Positions 18,820 to 27,720 of a stretch of 32,000 bases of DNA are shown here, piece after piece. A program made the translations under genes and the position numbers. A model generated the notes under the pieces. It was not told where the DNA came from, did no database searches, and was given only the letters and a program-made list of their open reading frames with translations. Each line of letters starts with the position of its first letter. The first letter of the stretch is position 1. Origin of the DNA: Candidatus Nanopusillus sp. (GTDB lineage: Archaea; Nanobdellota; Nanobdellia; Nanobdellales; Nanobdellaceae); the NCBI GenBank assembly GCA_046533775.1, contig JAWDOO010000004.1:15822-47821 (forward strand). Direction: 5' to 3'.

Positions 18820-20048
18820 ATATCTTTTTTTATTTTTTCATATATTTTTTTAAGATTATCAATATCCGATATTATCTTTAATACTTTGTTTACACCTTTT
18901 TTTCCATTAGATATTATTTTTGTTTCCATCAATTCTCCAAATATACTTTCTATTTTCTTTAAATTTTTATATACTACTGTTTTATCTAAAATAGATATTC
19001 CAAAATTATTGGATAAATTTACATATTCTTCATAAAGACTATTAAAAGTTACAAAATCTTCATTTTTTATTTGTTCTTTTATTAAAGCTAATAATATTAA
19101 TTTTTGTGTTTTATTTAAAGTACTTACTATAGATTCTAATATATTTAAATCAACACTTGAAAATGCTTCATCTATATCTTCTCTATCTATTTTTTCCTTA
19201 TTTTTATTATATGCAATTGTTGCTGATAATCTTAATACATTTATTGCAATCCTTGCATCTCCAGAAAATTCTTTAGAAACTCTTGCAGATATATAATTTA
19301 TATCTTCCTCAGATATTGAACCTGGTTTTAAAGCTCTTATAGCTCTATCTTTTAAAATTTCTTTAAGTTCATAATAATTATATGGGGAAAACTTTACCTG
19401 AATTATTGATGAAAAAGAAGATTTTACTCTTTGATCTAATTGAGATATAAAAGATGGAGAATTAGAAATTAGTATTAGTCTTATTCTATTTAAAAAATTT
19501 ATATCATAATTTCTTAATAATAGATATAATATTTCTGTATTTTCAGATTTTCTGAATATATTATCTACCTCATCTAATATTATTATTAATTTATAATCAT
19601 TATTAATTATAAATTTATATATATTTTCATATATATCATTCTTTCTAAATCCGCTTTTTATATTTATATTTGCTAATTCTTCATATATTCTCTTAAATAT
19701 ATAATAATCCACATCATCCGATAATATTTGTTTACAATTTATATATGCAACCTTCACTTTTAATTTGTTTTTTGCTGAATAAAAAGATATACCTTTGTTT
19801 AAATATCTAGCTATTAATGTTTTTCCAGTACCTGTAGTTCCATACAAAAATAAGTTACTTCCAGTGTTTCTATTTAAAAATAGGTTTATATTTGATAATA
19901 TAATTTCTTTTTCCCTATCTCTAAATTTTATTTCACATGGAATAAAATCTTCTTCAAAATATCTTCCATCTACAATAATATTTTTGTTTTTGTTTGATAT
20001 TTTTTCAAAATCTGCTAAAAAATAATCTATTATTGAATTTGTTATCAT
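18816..20048 (-). CDS. cdc6: Orc1/Cdc6 replication initiator
   Basis: AAA+ Walker A is YGTTGTGKT and Walker B is IIILDEVD. A lid domain and a C-terminal winged-helix-like region are present. The protein is 410 aa and overlaps DP1 by 4 nt. Confidence 0.9.
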   Translation of the reverse strand: MITNSIIDYFLADFEKISNKNKNIIVDGRYFEEDFIPCEIKFRDREKEIILSNINLFLNRNTGSNLFLYGTTGTGKTLIARYLNKGISFYSAKNKLKVKVAYINCKQILSDDVDYYIFKRIYEELANINIKSGFRKNDIYENIYKFIINNDYKLIIILDEVDNIFRKSENTEILYLLLRNYDINFLNRIRLILISNSPSFISQLDQRVKSSFSSIIQVKFSPYNYYELKEILKDRAIRALKPGSISEEDINYISARVSKEFSGDARIAINVLRLSATIAYNKNKEKIDREDIDEAFSSVDLNILESIVSTLNKTQKLILLALIKEQIKNEDFVTFNSLYEEYVNLSNNFGISILDKTVVYKNLKKIESIFGELMETKIISNGKKGVNKVLKIISDIDNLKKIYEKIKKDI

Positions 20049-20375
20049 AATATCTTATATTATAAAAAATTTTATAAAATATTTTTGCAATCGATTTAAA
20101 AATATCAGAACGTCCTTTTTATCCTTTAAAATAATAATTTTTCAATTGATTTTTAAAAAATCGCCCCTAAATTTTTTCCATAATTGATTTTTCCTTCTAA
20201 ATATATCTTTATATTTCCTGTTTAAAAATATTGCTTATCAAAAAATTTATAAAAGATATTTATAAAATTTTTGGTACACCATTATCAAAATGCAAATCTA
20301 TTATATTATATTTGCCAAACTTATGTATACTACTAATTAGTAATTAATTATTTTATTTATTTATTTCCAAAGTTA
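20049..20375. other. Candidate replication origin region (oriC) upstream of orc1/cdc6
   Basis: This is a 327-bp non-coding gap directly upstream of orc1/cdc6. Three same-orientation copies of AAT(C/T)GATTT(T)+A-run occur at 20088-20102, 20143-20160 and 20181-20194. Two are centred on 8-bp palindromes (AATCGATT, TCAATTGA). A CCCC/GGGG string at 20164-20167 abuts the second copy. Confidence 0.4.
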
Positions 20376-21389
20376 TTATAATAGATTTTGAAGACGGTGT
20401 TCCCTATAATTTTTTAAAATTTTCTTCAATCTTTCTTCATCAATATCCTTTTCTATTATATTAGACTTTTCTTCATGAAACTTCTTAACAATAATAAAAT
20501 TTTTTAATTCTTTAAATTCATCTACAACATAAAATTTTGGAAAAATATTTTTAGCTTCTATAAAGTTTTCTTTTTTTACAAAGAATTTTGTATCTTTACT
20601 TTTATAATATACAATATATTCTTCTTTAAATTCATCTACAAATATTTTATTATAATAAATTTTATTTAAATATAAAAAAGAAATTTTTGGTATAATATTA
20701 TCATCATTTTTTAATCTTTCAGTTAAAATCTTAGATAAAATATTATAATCGTTTAATAATTCAATATATTTTATATTTAATTCTTTTATCTTTTCTTCTT
20801 TTTCTTTCTTATCTTTTTTATTCTTTATAATAACTTTTATTATTTCAATATCTTTTTTATCTATTTTTGTTTTTCTTCTTTTCTTCTTTTCTTTTATCTC
20901 TTTTTCCTTTTCTCTTAAATTATTTTTTGCTGAGATAGCTTCTACCTTTCTATTCTTTAATATATATCTTAATATTTTAATATACTCTTCCTGGTTTTCA
21001 GAAACTTTCCTTGCTTTTTCAAATATTTCTTTTAACTTTTTTAATGCTTCTATTGCAGATATATATGCATCAAATTCATGATTGTTTTCAAATATCTTCT
21101 TCAAATTATCATCTTTATAATATTTGTTTTTTATTTCTAAACTAATATCTTCTTTTGGATTATATACACCAATATTTAGTTTTGATGCTATATCTAATAT
21201 TGTCTTTGGTATTTCCTTTTTATCTGTAGTAATAAGTACAACATATTTTAAATCACTTATATATTTAATAATATCTTCATTTTGTATATTTTTTCCACTT
21301 AATTTATCAACTATATTTCCATTATCATCTATCACTACTAATCCTAAATTTGTACCTGGATCTATCCCAACAATTAAAGATTTTAGCAT
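20376..21389 (-). CDS. DUF460/COG2433-type protein with an N-terminal RNase H-fold (RuvC/YqgF-like) nuclease domain
   Basis: The N-terminus is LIVGIDPGTNLGLVVIDDNGN (first-Asp motif of the RNase H-like fold). A central K/E-rich coiled-coil segment is followed by a C-terminal domain. Confidence 0.65.
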   Translation of the reverse strand: MLKSLIVGIDPGTNLGLVVIDDNGNIVDKLSGKNIQNEDIIKYISDLKYVVLITTDKKEIPKTILDIASKLNIGVYNPKEDISLEIKNKYYKDDNLKKIFENNHEFDAYISAIEALKKLKEIFEKARKVSENQEEYIKILRYILKNRKVEAISAKNNLREKEKEIKEKKKRRKTKIDKKDIEIIKVIIKNKKDKKEKEEKIKELNIKYIELLNDYNILSKILTERLKNDDNIIPKISFLYLNKIYYNKIFVDEFKEEYIVYYKSKDTKFFVKKENFIEAKNIFPKFYVVDEFKELKNFIIVKKFHEEKSNIIEKDIDEERLKKILKNYREHRLQNLL

Positions 21390-21461
21390 TATTATATTTA
21401 TTTTAATTTTTTCCTTAAAAATATATACTTCTTTTAAATCTTACTAATATATTAATAATAA

Positions 21462-21824
21462 ATGCCAAATGACTGGTCATATTTAGTAGAATTACAGAAA
21501 AACAAACCAGGTACTTTAGCAAAGATACTTAAAAATAATGCACCAAAATATGTAAAGGAAGAAGTTAAAAGATTAATTAAAGAAGGTAAAATAAAAAATA
21601 TACAAGAATTAATACAAAAAGCAGTAAGTGAAAATAAGAGTTTAATAAAAGTATTAGAAGAATATGGAATAAAAAATAAAGAAAGAAAATTTGGAAAAGG
21701 AAGTGTAAGATGTATAATATGTGGTTCTCATGATAGAGTTATTAGAAGATATAAAATATATATATGTGGAAGATGTTTTAGAGAAATGGCAAAAGAATTA
21801 GGATTTAAAGTAATGGGAGAATAA
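21462..21824 (+). CDS. rps14: Ribosomal protein uS14 (zinc-ribbon type) with a ~70-aa N-terminal extension
   Basis: The C-terminal 50 aa (KERKFGKGSVRCIICGSHDRVIRRYKIYICGRCFREMAKELGFKVMGE) make a full-length archaeal uS14. No in-frame ATG/GTG/TTG lies near the start of that domain. The stop overlaps the uS8 start (TAATG). Confidence 0.8.
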   Translation: MPNDWSYLVELQKNKPGTLAKILKNNAPKYVKEEVKRLIKEGKIKNIQELIQKAVSENKSLIKVLEEYGIKNKERKFGKGSVRCIICGSHDRVIRRYKIYICGRCFREMAKELGFKVMGE

Positions 21825-22198
21825 TGGTAGATATAATTAATGATTTCTTTTCTCATGCTACAAATTGTATAAATATTGGAAGAAGAGAAGTAGAATTTAA
21901 TTACTATAATAAATTATTATTGAATATTTTAGAAAAATTAAAGGAATATAAATATGTTGAAGAATATAAAACTGAAGGAAGAAAAATAATTGCTAGATTT
22001 TCCGAATATTTTAATTTTGGAAAAGCAATTCATCCAAGATTTCCCGTATCATATAAAGAATTAGAAAAGTATGAAAAAAGATATTTACCTGCAAGTGGTT
22101 TTGGAATATTATTAGTATCTACTAATAAAGGAATTAAAACAAACGAAGAATGTAAAAAGGAAAAAATAGGAGGTGTTTTAGTTGCTGTAGTTTATTAA
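21824..22198 (+). CDS. rps8: Ribosomal protein uS8
   Basis: The uS8 pattern is present (D..S...N....RR.EV, L..L...KY..EY, ...GILLVSTNKGI....EC.....GG.L.A.VY). The protein is 124 aa and follows uS14 as in the conserved cluster. Confidence 0.85.
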   Translation: MVDIINDFFSHATNCINIGRREVEFNYYNKLLLNILEKLKEYKYVEEYKTEGRKIIARFSEYFNFGKAIHPRFPVSYKELEKYEKRYLPASGFGILLVSTNKGIKTNEECKKEKIGGVLVAVVY

Positions 22199-22446
22199 AG
22201 CTTTTTAAGATATTCTTCTAATTTTTCCTTTAATTCCTTATTATTTAATATAGACTCTATTTCAGATAATTTTCCTTCTATAGATAATAATTTTCTATAT
22301 AATATACCTAATGCAATCCATATTTGAACTCTTGATGGATTATCAGAATTTTCATATATATCTTTATATTTCTTTGTTTCTTCTATTAAAGATTTTACAA
22401 AATCTCTAAATACAGGATCTAAGCTATCTTTCCAATCAGAGGCCAT
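22195..22446 (-). CDS. Hypothetical 83-aa helical protein, co-oriented with and overlapping the 3' end of rpl18
   Basis: The ORF overlaps the rpl18 stop by 11 nt, which suggests coupling. It has a non-random helical/amphipathic sequence with Trp and Pro positions unlike the antisense-artefact ORFs. I recognise no family. Confidence 0.4.
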   Translation of the reverse strand: MASDWKDSLDPVFRDFVKSLIEETKKYKDIYENSDNPSRVQIWIALGILYRKLLSIEGKLSEIESILNNKELKEKLEEYLKKL

Positions 22447-23032
22447 ATTCTTTTAATATTTTATTTTTAACTTCTTCAAAATGCTCTACTATTTTTTCAG
22501 GTTCTAATCCATTCTTTAAATATCTTGAAAATTGTTTATTATATTTTTCAGGTTCTTTTTCTTTTAACATTAATGCATAATTTTTTATATGTTCTCCCTT
22601 TATTCTATCTTCAGAAGGTAAAATTTCCTCATTATATGGAATCTTTAATCCTGCATCAATTGCACCTTTTAGTGCAGCATATAATGAATTTCCCTTTGTG
22701 GATCTAAATCTTCCAATATCTAATATTGCTTCTTCAATTCCTCTTTTCTTTGCTTCTAAGCCTGCTAATAAGCCAACTAAATATGCTGTTGGTAAATTTC
22801 CTCTATGACCTTTCCATCCATATTTCTTTTCTAATATTTTTGAATGTATTGTTAATAATGTTTGATCTCCTTTTTCATTATATATTGTTATTTGAGCTAA
22901 TATATTATTTAAAAATCTTCTAACAACCAATCTTGGTTTCCTTGATTTTAATAACTTTAATCTTTTTCTATAATCTGTAATATTTTTTCTTCTTCTTCTA
23001 AATTTTACTATGTAAGTAGGACCTGTAGCCAT
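22436..23032 (-). CDS. rpl18: Ribosomal protein uL18
   Basis: The N-terminus [39 protein letters not shown] is the archaeal L18/L5e signature. The protein is 198 aa. Confidence 0.9.
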   Translation of the reverse strand: MATGPTYIVKFRRRRKNITDYRKRLKLLKSRKPRLVVRRFLNNILAQITIYNEKGDQTLLTIHSKILEKKYGWKGHRGNLPTAYLVGLLAGLEAKKRGIEEAILDIGRFRSTKGNSLYAALKGAIDAGLKIPYNEEILPSEDRIKGEHIKNYALMLKEKEPEKYNKQFSRYLKNGLEPEKIVEHFEEVKNKILKEYGL

Positions 23033-23107
23033 TAAAGATATTTTTATAAGTAATTTTTTAAATTTAATTTAATTTAAATTTTAAATTCTTTTTATATTTG
23101 AAATAAA

Positions 23108-24607
23108 TTATAATATTAAAAATAATTCTTTTGGCATATATAATATATTATCTTTAAATTCCAATTCATAATCTCCAATAATAATTCCAAAATTTGATTT
23201 ATATCTTTTCATACTATTTTCTATTTGTTTTTCTGCATTTTTATCTTTTCCAAATTTAACTTCTATAGGTATTATTTTATTTTCAAAGGTTTTTATTAAA
23301 AAATCTGCACTATTTTTATTAGGATCATAAAAAATTTTTATATTTAACATATTATGAGTTACTTGTATTTTATATAATGTTGAAGCTATGTATTCTTCAA
23401 GTAGAAAACCAATATCACTTTCCCTAAATGTTCCTAAATAATCTTTTATCATAAATCTTATTGTTGGTGTTATAAAGTAATATTTCCATGATTTTTTTAT
23501 TATTTTTTCTTCACTTCCTAATGGTTTAACAGAAAATATTAAAGAAGACATTTCTAAAAGTCTTAAAATGTTTTGTACAGAATATTTATTAATTTTTAAA
23601 TCGTTTGAAATATTTTCTATACTTGTTTTTTCAGAACCTGCTAAGTAGTATATAAGTTTTAGAGCATTTTCTATGCTTGAATAATATATATCTTTTATTT
23701 TTGAAATATCAGAATAAGTAATCTTTTTAATTGTCTCCAATAACAAATCTTCAGAATCTTTTTTATATAATGCTGTAAAAGGAAAACCTCCAAATTTTAG
23801 AAAATCTTCAATTTCAAAAGAAAACAATTTTATTTTTTTATATATTTCTATAATTTCGTTATTAGTAAAAAATTCACTAGCAAATTTAGGAATAAAATTT
23901 GCATTATTTAATAATTTTAGTATTTTTTCCCTAATTATTGAGGTTCTATAATATTTATCTATCTTTTTTGATATTTTTAAATATTCAATAAAGTTTAAAG
24001 GAAATAAATATTCTTTTTTAGCCCTTCTAGCTAAATCTGCATTGGTTTCTTTTTCTAATTCTAATGTAGAGGAACCTGTAGCAATTATAAATATATTTGG
24101 ATACTCATCATAAATAACTTTTAATGTTAGAGCCCAATTTGGATCATGATTTATCTCATCTAATAATAAAAATACGGGTTCTTTTGAGTTTACTAAATCT
24201 TCAAACAAAATTTTAGATTCGTAAATTTCTATACTGGATCTTAAATCATAATTAAGACTTTTTAAGTCATCTACAGATATAAACAATATCCTTTCTCTAG
24301 GCATATTCTTTTCTTTAATTAGATACAAATATATTTGATATAACAATGTTGTTTTACCAGTTCCTCTTAATCCAGGTATGATAATTAATCTATTAATTTT
24401 TTCATTTTTTTCAAGAAAATTATTTATATGGTTTTTTATTCTGGAAAAAATATGTCTTTTTGGAAGTGGTTTATTATTATCATCTGTAGTATATTTTAAG
24501 GCCAACTTTTCTGTATATTGAATTCTTCTTTCTAGGTAAGTCTTTAGTATATCAATGTCCATAATATTGTAATAATGTTTAATATTATAAATATTATTTT
24601 TTATCAT
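23108..24607 (-). CDS. AAA+ ATPase of the COG1373/DUF4143 type with a C-terminal PD-(D/E)xK-like module
   Basis: Walker A is PGLRGTGKTT and Walker B is FLLLDEINH. A middle wHTH-like region is followed by the C-terminal ADFLI...IPIEVKFG motif. Confidence 0.8.
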   Translation of the reverse strand: MIKNNIYNIKHYYNIMDIDILKTYLERRIQYTEKLALKYTTDDNNKPLPKRHIFSRIKNHINNFLEKNEKINRLIIIPGLRGTGKTTLLYQIYLYLIKEKNMPRERILFISVDDLKSLNYDLRSSIEIYESKILFEDLVNSKEPVFLLLDEINHDPNWALTLKVIYDEYPNIFIIATGSSTLELEKETNADLARRAKKEYLFPLNFIEYLKISKKIDKYYRTSIIREKILKLLNNANFIPKFASEFFTNNEIIEIYKKIKLFSFEIEDFLKFGGFPFTALYKKDSEDLLLETIKKITYSDISKIKDIYYSSIENALKLIYYLAGSEKTSIENISNDLKINKYSVQNILRLLEMSSLIFSVKPLGSEEKIIKKSWKYYFITPTIRFMIKDYLGTFRESDIGFLLEEYIASTLYKIQVTHNMLNIKIFYDPNKNSADFLIKTFENKIIPIEVKFGKDKNAEKQIENSMKRYKSNFGIIIGDYELEFKDNILYMPKELFLIL

Positions 24608-24769
24608 AGTAATTAGTATATATGACTTTATAATATTATACTAATATTTGGTATTAAATATATATAATTTTTATCATAATTGTTGGTATATAAGTATCAT
24701 GTTTATATCCTAAAAATTGAGATGAAAATATAAATTATTATTGTACAAAATTATGTGATAATGAGAAAA

Positions 24770-27343
24770 CTATATTATCTTATTTAACTCTTTTAAACTC
24801 TTTTTATCTAAATCTTTTAATATTAGTTGATATAAATTATCATTTTCATCAATAAACAAAATTTTATCTTCAAAAACAAAAAGATTTTCTGGAGAAATTA
24901 TTTTTATCTCTAATTCTTTACTATTTATAAAAGCATTTAATAATATTGTTTCTCCTTCAACATCTATTTTTCTTATTTTCTCTATTTTATATATTATAGA
25001 ATTATATTTTATGACATTTTCTAATATTTTTTTAGAATTTTCATCTAAAATTGTATAATCTTCTAATAAAAATATTTCGTTGGAATTATCATCATAAAAT
25101 CCTAAAAATTTTGGGTTTGATATTGGGAATAATAATTTAGGCATAAGATTTTCATATTTTATACCATTATATATAATATTTACTCTACTTGGTCTATTAG
25201 AAGGTTCTATTTTTATATTTTTATCTTTTATTATATTTAAATTAACTAATTCTGGTTTTTGATTAACCTTTTCTATATTATTTATATTTTCTATTTGATT
25301 CTTAAATAATTCGTAGAATTTTCCCTTTTTATTTATTAATTCATTAGGTTTTCCTTCTTCTATAATCTTTCCATCTTCTATAACAATAACTCTATCCATA
25401 CTTAATATTTCCGATAAATTGTGTGAAATATATATTAAAGTTTTGTCTTTTGAAATATTTAATATAGAAGAAAATATTTGTTCTCTACTTTTAGCATCAA
25501 TATTTGATGTTAATTCATCAAATATAAATATATCAGGATTTCTTATTATATTTCTTGCAATTGCTATTTTTTGTCTTTGACCTCCAGATAATTTTGTTCC
25601 TTCTTCCCCTGCTGGAGTATCATATGCAAAGGGTAATTTAATTATATCATCATGTATATTTACAATTTTACAAACTTTAATTATTTCTATTTCATTTACA
25701 TTTTGATTTCCATAAGATATATTGTATCTAATAGTATCATCAAAGATTTCTGGATTCTGAGATAAATAAGAAATCCTTTCTCTGAGATATTTTAAATCTA
25801 TATCTTTTATATTTGTATTTCCAATTAATATTTCTCCATCATTTACATCATAGAATCTTAATAATAATTTCGCAATTGTTGTTTTCCCAGCACCATTTTT
25901 TCCAACAATTGCAACTTTTTCTTTTGGATTTATTGTAAAAGAAATGTTTTTTAATACAGGAAAACCTGGTTCATATTCAAATGTAACATTAACAAATTTT
26001 ATTTCATCAATCATATTTGTTTTTAAAGCATCTTCTTTATTTAATATTTTTGGTTTTTCTTCTAATAATTCTAAAATTCTTTCGGCGGAAACTAAAGCTT
26101 CTGGAAGATCATTGAAAAATCTTTCATATGTTTGGAGTGGACTATAAATATTTAATATATAAGTTACAAAAGCAACCAATATACCTAATTTGATTAAACT
26201 ATTAGTTACAAAAATTCCACCCATATACCATATAAAAACAGTAATTAAATCTATTATAAGGAATATTAATTCACCTCTTGTTGAAATAAGTTTGTCCACT
26301 TTAATATCTATTGTATACCAAGAGCTCATTATATTTTTTATTTTTTCATATTCTTCTTTTTCTTTTGAGAATAGCTTAATAGTGTAAAAATTCTTTAAAA
26401 TATTATTCACTTGTGTTTCAACGTCTACTGACTTTATTCTTGCTTTTTTACTCATTGTTTCTATTCTCCTTTCATAAATTATAAAAAGAACAAAGATAAC
26501 TGTTGCAGAAATTATTACAGGTATTGCTAAAAAGGGCAACAATAGAAAAAGTATAATAAGGGTTCCAATAAGTGTTAGAGTATCTATAATTATAAAGGTC
26601 AAATCAGCTACAAGAAATCTGTTTATTTCTCCTATATCAGATGAATATCTAGCTATTAATCTAGAAGGGGAATATTTTTCTATAAAAGAAATATCATTAA
26701 AAATTATATGTTCTAATAATAACTCTCTTATTTCTTTTGTAATTTTTGTTTCTACAATGTTTAATAAAATATTTCCCATTAAATATGAAAACCTAGAAGT
26801 AATATAAGAAATTAACATTAAGAAAATTATTGTAAGAAATACTCCAAATGATGGTGTTTTTGATATAAGAACTTTATTTATTAATAAAGCTATTAAATAA
26901 GGAGGAATTAGACTTATTATAGTACCTATAATAAAGATAATAGTAACTAAGGCAAATTCTTTCTTATATTTTTTAATAATTTGTATTAAAAATCCATATA
27001 TTTCTTTTTTAGATTTTTTCTTTTCTTCTTTTTCAATTATTTCAGTTTTTACTTTTAAATTAAATTCATCTACAATTTTTTGTATATTATCTGCCTTTTT
27101 CTTTGTAAAATATGCAACTTCAAAAAATTTTCCATTTTTATCTATTGCAATTAATTTACATATACTTATTCCATACTCTATATCTAACTTTTCTACATTA
27201 TCAATTTCTAATATTTTATTTTTATTATTATCGTATACAGAAATTTTGTTATCTAAAATTTCAATAGTTTCTTCATTAAAATTAAGATTCCTATCAAGAT
27301 CTGTTTTAAATACTGCTTTAAAATGATCTGTCATAAAAAACAT
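24770..27343 (-). CDS. ABC exporter (6-TM domain + NBD, MsbA/ABCB-like) with extra soluble N-terminal (~125 aa) and C-terminal (~170 aa, DUF1854-like) domains
   Basis: The NBD has Walker A GKNGAGKTT, signature LSGGQRQKIAIARN, Walker B IFIFDELTSNID and H-loop YISHN, and six TM helices precede it. The C-terminal tail has LLFPISNP...EIFLLED...LDE.SKK.LE...Y...I.KI..I...GE, which matches my recollection of DUF1854. Confidence 0.85.
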   Translation of the reverse strand: MFFMTDHFKAVFKTDLDRNLNFNEETIEILDNKISVYDNNKNKILEIDNVEKLDIEYGISICKLIAIDKNGKFFEVAYFTKKKADNIQKIVDEFNLKVKTEIIEKEEKKKSKKEIYGFLIQIIKKYKKEFALVTIIFIIGTIISLIPPYLIALLINKVLISKTPSFGVFLTIIFLMLISYITSRFSYLMGNILLNIVETKITKEIRELLLEHIIFNDISFIEKYSPSRLIARYSSDIGEINRFLVADLTFIIIDTLTLIGTLIILFLLLPFLAIPVIISATVIFVLFIIYERRIETMSKKARIKSVDVETQVNNILKNFYTIKLFSKEKEEYEKIKNIMSSWYTIDIKVDKLISTRGELIFLIIDLITVFIWYMGGIFVTNSLIKLGILVAFVTYILNIYSPLQTYERFFNDLPEALVSAERILELLEEKPKILNKEDALKTNMIDEIKFVNVTFEYEPGFPVLKNISFTINPKEKVAIVGKNGAGKTTIAKLLLRFYDVNDGEILIGNTNIKDIDLKYLRERISYLSQNPEIFDDTIRYNISYGNQNVNEIEIIKVCKIVNIHDDIIKLPFAYDTPAGEEGTKLSGGQRQKIAIARNIIRNPDIFIFDELTSNIDAKSREQIFSSILNISKDKTLIYISHNLSEILSMDRVIVIEDGKIIEEGKPNELINKKGKFYELFKNQIENINNIEKVNQKPELVNLNIIKDKNIKIEPSNRPSRVNIIYNGIKYENLMPKLLFPISNPKFLGFYDDNSNEIFLLEDYTILDENSKKILENVIKYNSIIYKIEKIRKIDVEGETILLNAFINSKELEIKIISPENLFVFEDKILFIDENDNLYQLILKDLDKKSLKELNKII

Positions 27344-27479
27344 ATTATTGTAAATTTACTTAAAAATAAAAATTATGGCAAAGATTTTCCTAAAATTATT
27401 GTGTTTAATATTTAAATATTACAATATATTATATGATTTTATAGATAAATTTATATAGATAAAGATATATCTATAATTT

Positions 27480-27719
27480 ATGCCTAAAAGATGGAAAACA
27501 ATTTCAACGCAAATAAGAGAGGAAGAATATAAAAAGGCAAAAGAGTTGGGTATTAACATTTCTGAAGTATTAAGGAAAGCATTAAGAGAAGAAATTAAAA
27601 GAAAAGAAGAAGAGAAAATATTAGAAGCAATAAAAAGGTTAGGAGAATTACTGGAAAAAACAGGTGCTACTCCTGAAGAAAATATAAAAATAATAAGAGA
27701 AATTAGAGAGGAAAATTAG
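27480..27719 (+). CDS. vapB: Ribbon-helix-helix-type antitoxin (VapB-like)
   Basis: The protein is small (79 aa). An N-terminal strand and helices (KTISTQIREEEYKKAKELGINISEVLRKALREEI) fit the fold. Its stop lies 1 nt before the PIN gene start. Confidence 0.7.
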   Translation: MPKRWKTISTQIREEEYKKAKELGINISEVLRKALREEIKRKEEEKILEAIKRLGELLEKTGATPEENIKIIREIREEN

Positions 27720-27720
27720 A

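Noticed and set aside
21462-22446. Possible paralogy between the uS14 N-terminal extension (MPNDW...LEEYGIK) and the 83-aa ORF (MASDW...LEEYLKK).
   Set aside because: Only the DW near the N-terminus and the LEEY near the C-terminus coincide. The interiors do not align, and the resemblance is compatible with the shared K/E-rich composition.
23069-23095. An AATTT/TAAAT pentamer-like tandem tract upstream of rpl18.
   Set aside because: It is a short, imperfect low-complexity A+T run of the kind expected in promoter spacers of this genome.
24646-24690. Recurrence of ATTTGGTAT-like motifs: 24646-24656, 24683-24690, the reverse complement of the 6023/6056 repeats, and TTTTGGTAC at ~20270.
   Set aside because: The motif is short and sits in a strongly A+T-biased background. 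I cannot compute enrichment, and the copies are imperfect and in unrelated contexts.
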